From the NCBI GenBank assembly GCA_026395595.1, contig JAPLYL010000004.1, positions 8,086 through 72,085 of the forward strand: a DNA stretch of 64,000 nt. Direction: 5' to 3'. This DNA comes from Candidatus Parcubacteria bacterium (GTDB lineage: Bacteria; Patescibacteriota; Minisyncoccia; Phycocordibacterales; CAIJYI01). The notes beneath the pieces are model-generated. The model saw only the letters and a program-made list of their open reading frames with translations. It searched no databases and was not told the DNA's origin. The position numbers were made by a program, and so were the translations under genes. Shown piece after piece: positions 9,243 to 18,946 of this stretch (positions are counted from its first letter, which is position 1; every line of letters starts with the position of its first letter).

Positions 9243-10631
9243 TTAAAATAATTTTATGAAGTGCATGCGGATAAGCTGCGATAAAAGCAGACGTTTGTAT
9301 TTTTCAGAACCTCGCGTATCGCTTATCGGAGATATTTCTGAGTCGGCGATGTTAACGGCTTCGTCAATAACCGCCTCTTCTATTTTTTTACCCTTCAGGA
9401 AATCGCAGGTTTTGGAAAGATACAAAGGAAAAGGACCGACTCCTCCGGCAGAGAGTCCGATGGCTTTTATTGTATTTTCTTTCACGGTAATGCAAGTGGC
9501 GGTATTGACGCTCGCAATATCAAGATATTTTCTTTTGGAAACTTTTTCAAAACGCAAAAAAGAATGTTCTTTCGGCATATCAAAGGTTATCCATTCAATG
9601 ATCTCATCTTCTTTTTTATCCATTTGCTTGTATCCTTTGAAAAAATCTCGGAGTTTTACTTCTCTTTTGGCGACCCCGTCACTCAAGAGAAGCATTGCAT
9701 CAAGAGCGAGAAGAAAAATAGTCATGTCACCGATAGGGGAGGCATTCACAATATTTCCGGCAATGGTCGCGCGATTCCGTATCGGAAGGGAAGCAATAAG
9801 ACGGAACACTTTTTTGCCGTCCGGAAAAATCTTTTCCAAAGCTTCCGAATTTCTCAATTCCTCAAAAGTAACCGCTCCTCCGATAAAGCATTTCCCCTGT
9901 TCCATTTTTATTTCCCGAAGGTCGGACCTTTGCGAAAGAAAAGAATATTCCGTGTCTTCAAGTTCTCCTTTTTTTTGAACGCATATATCTGTGCCTCCGG
10001 CGATAACGGTTTTGCCGGATGAAGCGAACGGAACGACCTGAATGTTTTTTATTTTTTCTTGAATATCAGAGAAGTAGAGAGGAAGAATGTTTTCTTTGAT
10101 AAGAAGTTCTCTCCGGGCAGAGCTTCCCGGTTTGGTATTTTTAAAATTGGCGACATTGAGCTTTTCAAGTATGGAGAAAAGAGCGCGTTTGATGGAAACA
10201 TATCCGGTACAGCGACACATGTTTCCTGAAATGGATTGTATCGCTTCATCTTTATCCAAGTCCGGAGTAGAGAGAAGAAATCCGGTAAGAGCGACGATGA
10301 AACCCGGCGTACAGAAACCGCATTGCGCTGCGAATTCTTTCACGAAGGTTTCTTGTATCAGACTCAATCTTTCTTGATTTAACCCTTCTATGGTGACCAC
10401 ATGTTTTCCTCCCAGTTCTCCAGTAGGAAGAAGACAAGAATTGACCGCTTTGTAATTGAGAGTTTCTCCTTTGTTTTCTCCCAAGAGAACCATACAGGCT
10501 CCGCAGTCTCCCTCCCCGCAGACCTCTTTTATCCCGCGAAGATTCAGGTTCTGGCGAATCGTTTTAAGAGTCGCTTTTCCGTCATGCAAATCAACGGAAA
10601 CTCCTCGGTCGTTGATGATAAACGTATTCAT
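9243..10631 (-). CDS. xdhA: Xanthine dehydrogenase 2[2Fe-2S]/FAD subunit
   Basis: CGEGDCGAC..C, QCGFCTPG..CRCTGY, IAGGTD, IRNRATIAGN, KR..DI. Confidence 0.92.
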   Translation of the reverse strand: MNTFIINDRGVSVDLHDGKATLKTIRQNLNLRGIKEVCGEGDCGACMVLLGENKGETLNYKAVNSCLLPTGELGGKHVVTIEGLNQERLSLIQETFVKEFAAQCGFCTPGFIVALTGFLLSTPDLDKDEAIQSISGNMCRCTGYVSIKRALFSILEKLNVANFKNTKPGSSARRELLIKENILPLYFSDIQEKIKNIQVVPFASSGKTVIAGGTDICVQKKGELEDTEYSFLSQRSDLREIKMEQGKCFIGGAVTFEELRNSEALEKIFPDGKKVFRLIASLPIRNRATIAGNIVNASPIGDMTIFLLALDAMLLLSDGVAKREVKLRDFFKGYKQMDKKEDEIIEWITFDMPKEHSFLRFEKVSKRKYLDIASVNTATCITVKENTIKAIGLSAGGVGPFPLYLSKTCDFLKGKKIEEAVIDEAVNIADSEISPISDTRGSEKYKRLLLSQLIRMHFIKLF

Positions 10632-10737
10632 TTTATCCTTGAATGATAAGCAAATAATGTCTCTTTATCGTAGTATAAAGCGAGTTAAAAAGAAAGGGTT
10701 TTTTTGATTTTTTCTACTCTGTGATATTATATATGAT

Positions 10738-11907
10738 ATGGAAAAAATACAGGGATATGATACAGGAGAAATGTATAATTTTTCTTCAGAAATGAAAGAA
10801 ACTGCTCCGAGCAAGGTAGAGGTAATTGCTATTACCGACACACACAATGATTGTGAAGCGATTGTTCGCAATCTTCGGATACACGACATTATTGACGAAC
10901 AAGGCGAATGGAAAGAAGGGGTGAAAAATGTCCGCGTTATTCACACGGGGGATGTCGTTAATAAGACGAATCCGGACAGAAAAAGCCTTGAGTATATTAT
11001 TCATCTCAAAGAAACCGCGCCGGCAGATTGCTCGGTGGAAGTGCTTGCTGGAAATCATGAAATAGAATATCTCATGAATAGTTCCGGTGTCGCGGAAGAA
11101 GGTTCAGAAAGAAAAATGATTGCAGGTAACATGACTTTTTTGGGCGAGGATGGACCCATTTTGTATGTCCATGGACACCCATCAAGAACTTTGCTGAAAA
11201 AAATACTCTCAAAGGGGGTTATCGGATTTAATGAACAATTTAAAGAGGCGATGAATGAGTCTCTTTCTGGGAATAATGAAAAGCTCAAACGTTTTTCTTT
11301 TAAGAAAAAAGATCTGAAAAAAGACGAAAAACCGTATCAGAAAAAAGTAACGCTGGAGGATTATTACAAAGTGCACGGGCCGGAAATACAGCGAATGCTT
11401 TTGAAACTCGGATATCGGTTTGTGGTTCATGGACACGCCAGCCAGCAGGGAGGAGTCCAGAAAACGGATGAGTTTCCGGAAATGCCGGAGATAACTTTCA
11501 TAAACAACGATGTATCTGTTTCCCAGTATAAAAAATTGGAGCCGGGAGAAACAGCAGGGAATAAATGGGGGTCATTGAAAATTACTATGGCAAATGCAAA
11601 TGGAAAGAGTGCTGTTGAAGAAATAATGGTAGTGAATAAAGATACTCATGAAGAAATTGAAAAGAATATGCGAAGAAAAGGTGCCGTAGAAGATCAGATA
11701 GATTTGCTGATTGAGGATTTTTCTCGGAATGGAGAAGATTCGCTCTCTGTAAAAATAGAGGGTATGAGTAGGGAAGATTTGCTTCCTCTTGCCATAGGCG
11801 TGCAGAAATATCTGGATGAACCTTTGAAAGAGAAATCGTATGCCGGTCTTGTCGTTGCGTACGGTATGATATGCGCTCGTCTTGAAATGTTAGACGAAGA
11901 AAAATAA
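10738..11907 (+). CDS. Calcineurin-like metallophosphoesterase with C-terminal helical domain
   Basis: DTH, GDVVN, GNHE, VHG and HGH motifs. Confidence 0.8.
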   Translation: MEKIQGYDTGEMYNFSSEMKETAPSKVEVIAITDTHNDCEAIVRNLRIHDIIDEQGEWKEGVKNVRVIHTGDVVNKTNPDRKSLEYIIHLKETAPADCSVEVLAGNHEIEYLMNSSGVAEEGSERKMIAGNMTFLGEDGPILYVHGHPSRTLLKKILSKGVIGFNEQFKEAMNESLSGNNEKLKRFSFKKKDLKKDEKPYQKKVTLEDYYKVHGPEIQRMLLKLGYRFVVHGHASQQGGVQKTDEFPEMPEITFINNDVSVSQYKKLEPGETAGNKWGSLKITMANANGKSAVEEIMVVNKDTHEEIEKNMRRKGAVEDQIDLLIEDFSRNGEDSLSVKIEGMSREDLLPLAIGVQKYLDEPLKEKSYAGLVVAYGMICARLEMLDEEK

Positions 11908-11932
11908 TTAAAAAAAGAATAAGATATTTTTT

Positions 11933-12241
11933 ATGAATTCATTGGAAAAAATGTGGGTGCAGGAAGAAGAAAAAGGAGATAAATTTTCGATTTTGATACA
12001 TTCTTTTATGAAGGATTTTCCACCGGCAAATTGTTCGGATGAAGAATTGAGAAAAGGGGAAGTTTCTCTTGATGCAAAGATGGCAGAAATGAACAGAGAA
12101 GACCTCCTTAATTTGGCGATGGATATACGCCAGCGTTTAGAAGAACCGCACAGTGGTTTTGCTGATGAAAACACATATGTGCGATTGGCAACGGTTTACG
12201 GAGCGGCTTGCGCTCAGCTAGAAAAGTTGGATAAGGAATAA
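11933..12241 (+). CDS. Small helical protein homologous to the C-terminus of the upstream phosphoesterase
   Basis: KMAEMNREDLLNLA..LEEP..Y..L..YG..CAQLEKLD vs KIEGMSREDLLPLA..LDEP..Y..L..YG..CARLEMLD. Confidence 0.65.
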   Translation: MNSLEKMWVQEEEKGDKFSILIHSFMKDFPPANCSDEELRKGEVSLDAKMAEMNREDLLNLAMDIRQRLEEPHSGFADENTYVRLATVYGAACAQLEKLDKE

Positions 12242-12333
12242 GAAATAAGCAACAAGAATAAAGCAACAAGAAAAAATGGACAACAACGACCGTTCCTTTT
12301 TTCTTGTTGCTTTTTCCTTATTTCTTTTTTCCT
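12236..12333. repeat. Inverted arrays of A-rich heptamers around a short core
   Basis: ataagaa ataagca acaagaa taaagca acaagaa ... tcttgtt gcttttt ccttatt; same units at 1301, 37381, 43013, 44105 and 48839. Confidence 0.7.
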
Positions 12334-14256
12334 TTATTTATCAAACAATAGTGTTGCCGCAAGGTTTCCTTTTACTATCAAATCCGACGCATTGGTTGCC
12401 GTCGTTTCATTCATATAGATATTTTTGCAATCGGCGAGGGGGGTGGTTTTTTGCTCCGGCATTTTAAGACAGGTTCCTGTTTCAAAAGTTCCGGCCTCAT
12501 TGAAGTTTTTGTACGCAATGGCTGGAGTAAGAATAGTCGTGATGGCGCGAGAGTAAGAATCGCGTATGGTGACTTGATGATTTTTTCCCAGCAGATCTTG
12601 CCCCATCAGCGCGGCTTTTGGAGTTACTCCGAGGAGGTTGGCTATGGTCGGATAAAAATCCAGATGACTTCCGGGAATATCATACGTTTTTCCGGGAAGA
12701 GAAGTTTCGAGGATAATAAGCGGAACGCTTCCTTCTATGCTGGAGCGAAGTTCGGGAAATACCTTACTTTCCGACGCTCCGAGAATGTTTCCGAGACCGG
12801 TCAAGCTTCCGTGGTCGCCATAGACGGCAATAAGCGATTTTTCATATTCGCCATTTTCTTTTAACACTTTGATAAATTTTCCGAGCGCTTGATCTGAATA
12901 ATGGATGCTTTGCAGATAATTTTTCTGCGTTTCATTGAATGGCGAATTTTCAGGAAAGACCAGTGTTTGATCTTTTTCGGGAATGAGAAACGGCGTATGC
13001 GAACTTAAGGTTATAAATGTCGCCATGAAAGGAGAAGGAAAGTCTTTCATTTTTGACAAAGACTGGGTGAAAAACTCTTCATCGCTTAACATCTCAAAAC
13101 CGGAATTTTTCGGAATTACAAAATCTGATTTGGTAATGGAAGTTTCGTAGCCTAACTCCGGATAGATATTGGAACGGTTCCAGAACGTCGGGACGTCGGC
13201 GTGCAAAGAATAAGTGCTGTAGCCGTTTTGTGTAAGAAGTTCAGGCAGGGCATTGTAATGGTTGTGAGCGAAATCTACGAAAGCGACAGTATTCGGGAGA
13301 GCGTAGAGGGAATTCATGGTTACGAATTCCGCGTCAGCGGTATTTCCCGGACCGACTTGCGTATAGTAATTGTTAAAATAGAAACCTTCCTTTGCGAGCT
13401 TATTCAAGTTCGGAGTAATTTCCTCCCCGTTTAATTTTTGGAAAAGGACGACGTTTTCAAGCGATTCAAATTGAACGATAATCAGATTTTTTCCTTTTGC
13501 CGCTCCGAAGTATTCACTCTTTCCGGCTCCGGGGATATTTTGCTTCCATGCTTGCACAAGTGCAATATCTTCTTCGGTGAGTTTTGTTTTACGGAAAATA
13601 AAACCGACGACATCGCTCGCGTAATAATTGAAAATTCCGGTTCTTTGTATTTTATCGGTCGGAGAGAAAGTAAAGCTGTTCAGTTCTCTTAGGGTTTGGG
13701 AAAAATTGGTAACCTTTTTCCATCCGTTTCCGTCGCCGAAAAGCACGAGGCCGTAACTGAAAAGTCCGGTAAAAAACAGAAACAAAGCCAGCCCGATTTT
13801 TTCCGTTTTGATAAGAACGGTCTTTGCTATTTTTCTTTTCTTTTCTAAAAATATCCAGAGGGCGATGACAAAAAATTGCAGAAGAAAAAAGACGAGAATC
13901 GGTTTGATAAGCTTTACGATAGTGCTTTTAATCGCTCCGGTTTGATCCGCATAGGTGAACGCCGATGCTTGCATAAAACCGCCGAAGTAAGAAAAATAGA
14001 GAGCTTGAGAAATAAAGAGGAGCGCGACAAAAAGAGAAATAATGGAGAGATATATCATCTTACCTGTTTTTTGAAATAGCGCCGACGGGCCATATAAAAA
14101 CATGCCGAGAGAGAAGGTAATGAAGATGAACTGGAAAAGATATGGGTTTGCCGGAAAATGGACAAAAAGATTGAAAATTTCATTTTGTATGACAAATAAT
14201 CCCGCAAGAACGGCAGGTAAACGAAGGGTGGAAAGAGGAAAGGATATTCGTTTCAT
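12334..14256 (-). CDS. LTA synthase family / sulfatase-domain membrane protein
   Basis: About 5 N-terminal TMs, NLIIVQFES, GNTADAEF (catalytic Thr), FWNR, SSHTPF, YGDH. Confidence 0.88.
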   Translation of the reverse strand: MKRISFPLSTLRLPAVLAGLFVIQNEIFNLFVHFPANPYLFQFIFITFSLGMFLYGPSALFQKTGKMIYLSIISLFVALLFISQALYFSYFGGFMQASAFTYADQTGAIKSTIVKLIKPILVFFLLQFFVIALWIFLEKKRKIAKTVLIKTEKIGLALFLFFTGLFSYGLVLFGDGNGWKKVTNFSQTLRELNSFTFSPTDKIQRTGIFNYYASDVVGFIFRKTKLTEEDIALVQAWKQNIPGAGKSEYFGAAKGKNLIIVQFESLENVVLFQKLNGEEITPNLNKLAKEGFYFNNYYTQVGPGNTADAEFVTMNSLYALPNTVAFVDFAHNHYNALPELLTQNGYSTYSLHADVPTFWNRSNIYPELGYETSITKSDFVIPKNSGFEMLSDEEFFTQSLSKMKDFPSPFMATFITLSSHTPFLIPEKDQTLVFPENSPFNETQKNYLQSIHYSDQALGKFIKVLKENGEYEKSLIAVYGDHGSLTGLGNILGASESKVFPELRSSIEGSVPLIILETSLPGKTYDIPGSHLDFYPTIANLLGVTPKAALMGQDLLGKNHQVTIRDSYSRAITTILTPAIAYKNFNEAGTFETGTCLKMPEQKTTPLADCKNIYMNETTATNASDLIVKGNLAATLLFDK

Positions 14257-14341
14257 TGGGCTATATTATAGCATACTTTTCCAGATTTTTAAAGTTTTTT
14301 TGTCGCTCGCAGAAAGGGTGATTTTCCTGTATCCTTTGAGT

Positions 14342-14479
14342 ATGAATACATCAAAAAATGAACATGAAAAAGAATTATCGCTCGGAGAAAGATTAAAACT
14401 AGGCGTAAGCGGAAGGCCTTGTCGTTGCGGGAAATCAAAGAAATATCCGTACTGCGACGGGAGCCATAATTCTTCATAA
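14342..14479 (+). CDS. Minimal CDGSH iron-sulfur domain protein (45 aa)
   Basis: CRCGKSKKYPYCDGSH motif; ATG at 14342. Confidence 0.75.
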   Translation: MNTSKNEHEKELSLGERLKLGVSGRPCRCGKSKKYPYCDGSHNSS

Positions 14480-14553
14480 CGAGCGGTTGACGTCATTATC
14501 CTATGTGTTAGTATCGGGGTGGTAAAGAACCTTGACTTGGAAGGAGAGAAAAG

Positions 14554-15786
14554 ATGGAACCATTGAAACACCCTGAAATATCCAGACGGATTACCGAACT
14601 CAAAACGGAAAACGCCTTCGTCGTCGGTGTAGAAACCGCCGCATACGAAAAACAAACCGGCAAAAAGGTCATGAAATTTTACATCGGCCAGCCTGATTTT
14701 CCGACCCCAAAGAATATACAATTGGCGGCGATTAAGGCTGTCGTAGACGGCAAGCATGGGTATACTCCATCGGCTGGTATCCCCGAATTGAGACAAGCGG
14801 TCACTCATTATCTTTGGAGAACCCGACGACTTCCTTATGAGGCAGGAGATATTGCCATTGCAAACGGAGCAAAACCTTTTATCGGTTATGCAATCCAATG
14901 CGTGACTGAATATGGAAAAGGACATGAAGTGCTTTTCCCAAATCCCGGTTTCCCCATTTATGAATCGCAAACCTTGCTGAACGGCGCGATTCCTCGACCT
15001 CTCATGTTGTATGAAAGAAATGATTACAACTTTGATATTGACGATCTCGGCCGGCAAATGAATAAAAATACTCGTTTGCTTATCATTAATTCTCCTCAGA
15101 ACCCCACGGGTGGCGTTCTTTCTATGCAAGAGCTGATTGCCATCGTGAAAATCTTAAAAAAATGGCCCGACGTGTGGGTGTTCTCCGATGAAGTATATTC
15201 GCAAATCATTTATGACGGGCATGATTTTAACAGTATTGCCGTAATTCGTTGTATGAAGGACCGAACCATTATTTTGGATGGCGCGTCCAAAACGTATGCG
15301 ATGACTGGCTGGCGCATTGGCTATGCCGCGAATAAGCATTTGGCAAAACATTTTGGTACTCTTATAACGAATACGACTTCGTGCCCCGATCATATGGCTC
15401 AATGGGCGACCGTTGAAGCTTTGAATGGATCACAGGAAATTCCTGAAGAGATGGCGCGAATTTTTGAAGAACGGCGCAATGTTATCGTCACCGGTTTGAA
15501 TAAAATCCCCGGCGTGACCTGCCTGTTTCCCGGAGGCGCATTCTATGCGTATCCGAACATTACCGAAGCTTGCAAAATCGTCGGAGCAAAAAATAGCGAA
15601 GATTTCCGCAAAAAACTTTTGTACGAAGCATTCGTTTCTGTGACGGCTGATACGCACTTCGGCCCGCAAGTTCCGGGCGACGGGGAACACATCCGTTTCT
15701 CTTATGCCGCTTCCATGGAAGACATTGAAGAAGGTTTGAAAAGAATGAAAGAATGGATTGAAAGTTATCAATCCAAAAAAGAGTAA
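14554..15786 (+). CDS. PLP-dependent class I/II aminotransferase (aspartate aminotransferase-like)
   Basis: GQPDF, NSPQNPTG, SDEVY, SKTYAMTGWRIG, GAFY, RFSYA. Confidence 0.92.
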   Translation: MEPLKHPEISRRITELKTENAFVVGVETAAYEKQTGKKVMKFYIGQPDFPTPKNIQLAAIKAVVDGKHGYTPSAGIPELRQAVTHYLWRTRRLPYEAGDIAIANGAKPFIGYAIQCVTEYGKGHEVLFPNPGFPIYESQTLLNGAIPRPLMLYERNDYNFDIDDLGRQMNKNTRLLIINSPQNPTGGVLSMQELIAIVKILKKWPDVWVFSDEVYSQIIYDGHDFNSIAVIRCMKDRTIILDGASKTYAMTGWRIGYAANKHLAKHFGTLITNTTSCPDHMAQWATVEALNGSQEIPEEMARIFEERRNVIVTGLNKIPGVTCLFPGGAFYAYPNITEACKIVGAKNSEDFRKKLLYEAFVSVTADTHFGPQVPGDGEHIRFSYAASMEDIEEGLKRMKEWIESYQSKKE

Positions 15787-15827
15787 GTAAAAAAAATCGC
15801 CCCGACAGAAATGTCGGGGCGTTCTTT

Positions 15828-16049
15828 TTATGGCAATATGGTTGGCTGTTGCGTCGCTGGGCGTACAAAATCTTCTGTGCGCGGTGCTCCGCGATGATTT
15901 AAAATATCGGGATAAGGGCCGGTCTTGCCGTTAACTATTTGCGCAGCTCTTTCTTTCGAAGTTGGAACTGCGGTACTTTGGTCTGTTTTTCCGGCGAATG
16001 ATATGGCGCTTAACAGTATCAAAAAAACAAAAACTAACTTTTTAAACAT
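15828..16049 (-). CDS. Small secreted hypothetical protein
   Basis: MFKK + hydrophobic core + SFA signal peptide; SD AAAGGAG; hairpin at 15795-15822. Confidence 0.55.
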   Translation of the reverse strand: MFKKLVFVFLILLSAISFAGKTDQSTAVPTSKERAAQIVNGKTGPYPDILNHRGAPRTEDFVRPATQQPTILP

Positions 16050-16193
16050 ACGATTTCTCCTTTTTTCAGGTGCTTATTCCTGATAATAACTCTACTCTGT
16101 AATTATTATATTGTCAACTTTACAAAAGTTTTATCATGTTGTAACCTGTGAACAGCAGTATTGATTGGTCTTTGAGACGCAAAGGAGTGAAAA

Positions 16194-17231
16194 ATGATAA
16201 AAGCATTTTTTAGGAGTAAAGAATGGGCATTGTGGGCGTATGGAGGACTTTTGTTCCTCGTCATATTGCTCTATGTTCAAGTAAGCATTACGGTTCACTT
16301 GAATCAATGGCGCGGGCCGTTTAATGACCTGCTTCAACAAGCGGCGAATGGTAATCACACGGCGCAAGAATTATGGCATCAGATCTATCTTTTTATTATG
16401 ATCGTGCTTCCTTATTCAGCTGTGGCTATGGCAACAAAGTATTTTTCTCGTATCTACGGATTGCGTTGGCGGGAAGCCATTACTTTTAACTATCTCCCAA
16501 GATGGCGAAGAGTATCCGAAAAAATTGAAGGGGCAAGTCAACGTATTCAAGAGGACGCCTATTTGTTTGCGAAGATCATTGAAAGTCTGGGCATGCAATG
16601 CATGTTTGCTTTGATGACCATTTTCTCTTTTATTCCTGTTCTGTGGGCACTGAGCAGACAGGTAGATCTTCAACCGATCATCATGGAGATATCCGGAATT
16701 ACGGGGATTCCTCTTCCTTCAATTCATAATTTTGCGGGTTCGTTGGTCTGGGTCATTTTACTGATTACCGGCGTTGCTATGTATATTTCTTGGTACGTCG
16801 GTATACGATTACCGGGATTGCAATACAACAATCAAGTGGTGGAAGCAGCTTTCAGAAAAGAGCTGGTTCTTGCGGAAGACGACAAAGCGAATTTTGCTTC
16901 CATGCCGACCGTAACCGAGCTTTTCTTGGGTATCCGTTACAACTATCATCGCTTGTTCATGCATTACGGGTACTTTGATTTGTGGTCAAATACCTATATG
17001 CAGCTGATGGTCGTTCTGCCCCACATTATTGTCGGTCCCGGATTGTTTGTCGGAGCGATAACCCTCGGTACGCTTATGCGAACTGCCGATGCTTTTGATC
17101 GTGTTCACAGCAGTTTTTCCGTTATCATTGATAACTGGACGACCGTAACCGAACTTCGCAGTATTTGGAAACGTCTGCATGAGTTTGAAGCGGCGATGGA
17201 CAAATATGATTTGGGAGAGGAAGTAAAATAA
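16194..17231 (+). CDS. SbmA/BacA-like peptide transporter, paralogue 2
   Basis: WREA, IEGASQRIQED, LPGLQYNNQVVEAAFRKELVLAED and ELRSIWKRL motifs of SbmA/BacA. Confidence 0.88.
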   Translation: MIKAFFRSKEWALWAYGGLLFLVILLYVQVSITVHLNQWRGPFNDLLQQAANGNHTAQELWHQIYLFIMIVLPYSAVAMATKYFSRIYGLRWREAITFNYLPRWRRVSEKIEGASQRIQEDAYLFAKIIESLGMQCMFALMTIFSFIPVLWALSRQVDLQPIIMEISGITGIPLPSIHNFAGSLVWVILLITGVAMYISWYVGIRLPGLQYNNQVVEAAFRKELVLAEDDKANFASMPTVTELFLGIRYNYHRLFMHYGYFDLWSNTYMQLMVVLPHIIVGPGLFVGAITLGTLMRTADAFDRVHSSFSVIIDNWTTVTELRSIWKRLHEFEAAMDKYDLGEEVK

Positions 17232-17346
17232 ACAGAAACAAAGGGTCTCATTGCGAGGCCCTTTTTTGCTACCATTTTTTATTTTCTTGAGTTATACTAT
17301 ATCTCCGATAAACTTCAAAACATTAATCAAATAAAATAATAACAAT

Positions 17347-17970
17347 ATGTGTTGCAAAGATAATGAGAACGAGTATTTGTGCGAGGATTACTTTGCCGGC
17401 GAGGTCGGCGATAAAGTTCCCCTATATCCGTTAAAAGCGTATCAAGGAGAGGAATTTAAAGACATCAATTTGTCCGATTATCTCGGCAAATGGCTGGTGC
17501 TGTTTTTCTATCCGGCCGATTTTACTTTTATTTGCCCGACGGAGCTGGAAGAAATGGCAGGGAAGTACGAGGACTTTAAAAAGTTGGGAGCGGAAATTCT
17601 TTCGGTAAGTACCGATACCGTATTCACGCATAAGGCGTGGCATGATACTTCGGAGGCGATAAAGAAAATTTCTTTCCCAATGGTTTCCGATAAAGACGGA
17701 GAACTTTCCAGAGCGTTTGGTACCTATATTTATGAGGGTGGCGATGCCGGACTTTCTCTTCGCGGAACATTCATCGTTGATCCGGAAGGAATTATTCGTT
17801 CTGTGGAAATTAACGACAACAGCATCGGACGAAGCGCGAAAGAACTCTTCCGCAAACTGCAGGCGGCGAAATACGTTCACGACAACGGCGGAAAACAAGT
17901 GTGTCCCGCCAGCTGGGAACCCGGCAAAGACACCCTTACTCCGGGAATAGATTTGGTAGGGAAGATATAA
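17347..17970 (+). CDS. ahpC: 2-Cys peroxiredoxin
   Basis: FYPADFTFICPTE, GRS, VCPASW, LVGKI. Confidence 0.95.
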   Translation: MCCKDNENEYLCEDYFAGEVGDKVPLYPLKAYQGEEFKDINLSDYLGKWLVLFFYPADFTFICPTELEEMAGKYEDFKKLGAEILSVSTDTVFTHKAWHDTSEAIKKISFPMVSDKDGELSRAFGTYIYEGGDAGLSLRGTFIVDPEGIIRSVEINDNSIGRSAKELFRKLQAAKYVHDNGGKQVCPASWEPGKDTLTPGIDLVGKI

Positions 17971-18040
17971 AAAGAAAAAACCGCAAACCGAAAGGCTCGC
18001 GGTTTTTTTTATTTTTTAATTTTGATATAATGGAGCAACT

Positions 18041-18655
18041 ATGCAAACAAACTTATTTGAAATCGGACTTCCTCCGAAAAAAGTTTTTTATTTGTTTTTT
18101 GATACCGAAACGACCGGTCTTCCGAGAAGCTGGAGTGCTCCGGTAGAAGATGTTGAGAACTGGCCTCGGCTCGTTCAACTCGCGTGGGTGATGTATGAAG
18201 AGAACGGAACTCTGGCAGGGGCGGGAGACAATATCATCAAACCGGACGGATTTATTATACCTCCCGATGCCTCGCGCGTGCACGGCATTACGACCGAGAG
18301 AGCGATGAACGAAGGGGTTCCGATACGGCGGGTGTTAGAAACATTCCGTGATAAGATCGGCGAAACATCATACATTGTGGCGCACAACATTGATTTTGAT
18401 GAGAAAATTATCGGAGCTGAATTTATTCGAGCTCAGATCAAACACGAATTCTCTTTGAAGAAGAAAATCTGTACGATGAAAAGCACGGTGAACTTTTGCG
18501 CCATACCTTCCGCAAGAGGATTTAAGTGGCCTCAGCTTGCCGAACTTCACCGCAAACTTTTCGGAACGAATTTTGACGATGCCCATAATGCTGCCGCCGA
18601 CATAGAAGCCACGGCAAAATGTTTCTGGGAATTGAAAAAACTCGGAGTTTTATAG
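18041..18655 (+). CDS. DEDDh 3'-5' exonuclease (DnaQ-like)
   Basis: FDTETTG, AHNIDFD, AHNAAAD. Confidence 0.9.
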   Translation: MQTNLFEIGLPPKKVFYLFFDTETTGLPRSWSAPVEDVENWPRLVQLAWVMYEENGTLAGAGDNIIKPDGFIIPPDASRVHGITTERAMNEGVPIRRVLETFRDKIGETSYIVAHNIDFDEKIIGAEFIRAQIKHEFSLKKKICTMKSTVNFCAIPSARGFKWPQLAELHRKLFGTNFDDAHNAAADIEATAKCFWELKKLGVL

Positions 18656-18739
18656 ACTATTTTACTTGGAGGCGAAGCCTCCAAGCAAAAGGTATAAAAA
18701 AAGGAGGGTGCGATAAGTCGCATCCTCCTTTTGCTGTGT

Positions 18740-18946
18740 TTATTCGCTAAACGTTAATTCAATGACATCGCCGGTGTGAACCGTTAGCCTGTTGAGAAAT
18801 ACTGTTTCGCCGTTGAGCGTGATTGATTCATATTTGACTCCATCAAGTCCCAGTAATCGCAATACCTGAAAGAGGCTTTGCGCGTCATGGTTTCTTCCGA
18901 CTTTGATTATTGTTTTGGCGGTGGTTTCTTGTATTATTACAGACAT
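18740..18946 (-). CDS. Small beta-grasp (ThiS/MoaD-like) protein lacking a C-terminal GG
   Basis: LNGE....L.V.TGDVIEL pattern; SD AGAGGAG; consensus promoter upstream. Confidence 0.5.
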   Translation of the reverse strand: MSVIIQETTAKTIIKVGRNHDAQSLFQVLRLLGLDGVKYESITLNGETVFLNRLTVHTGDVIELTFSE

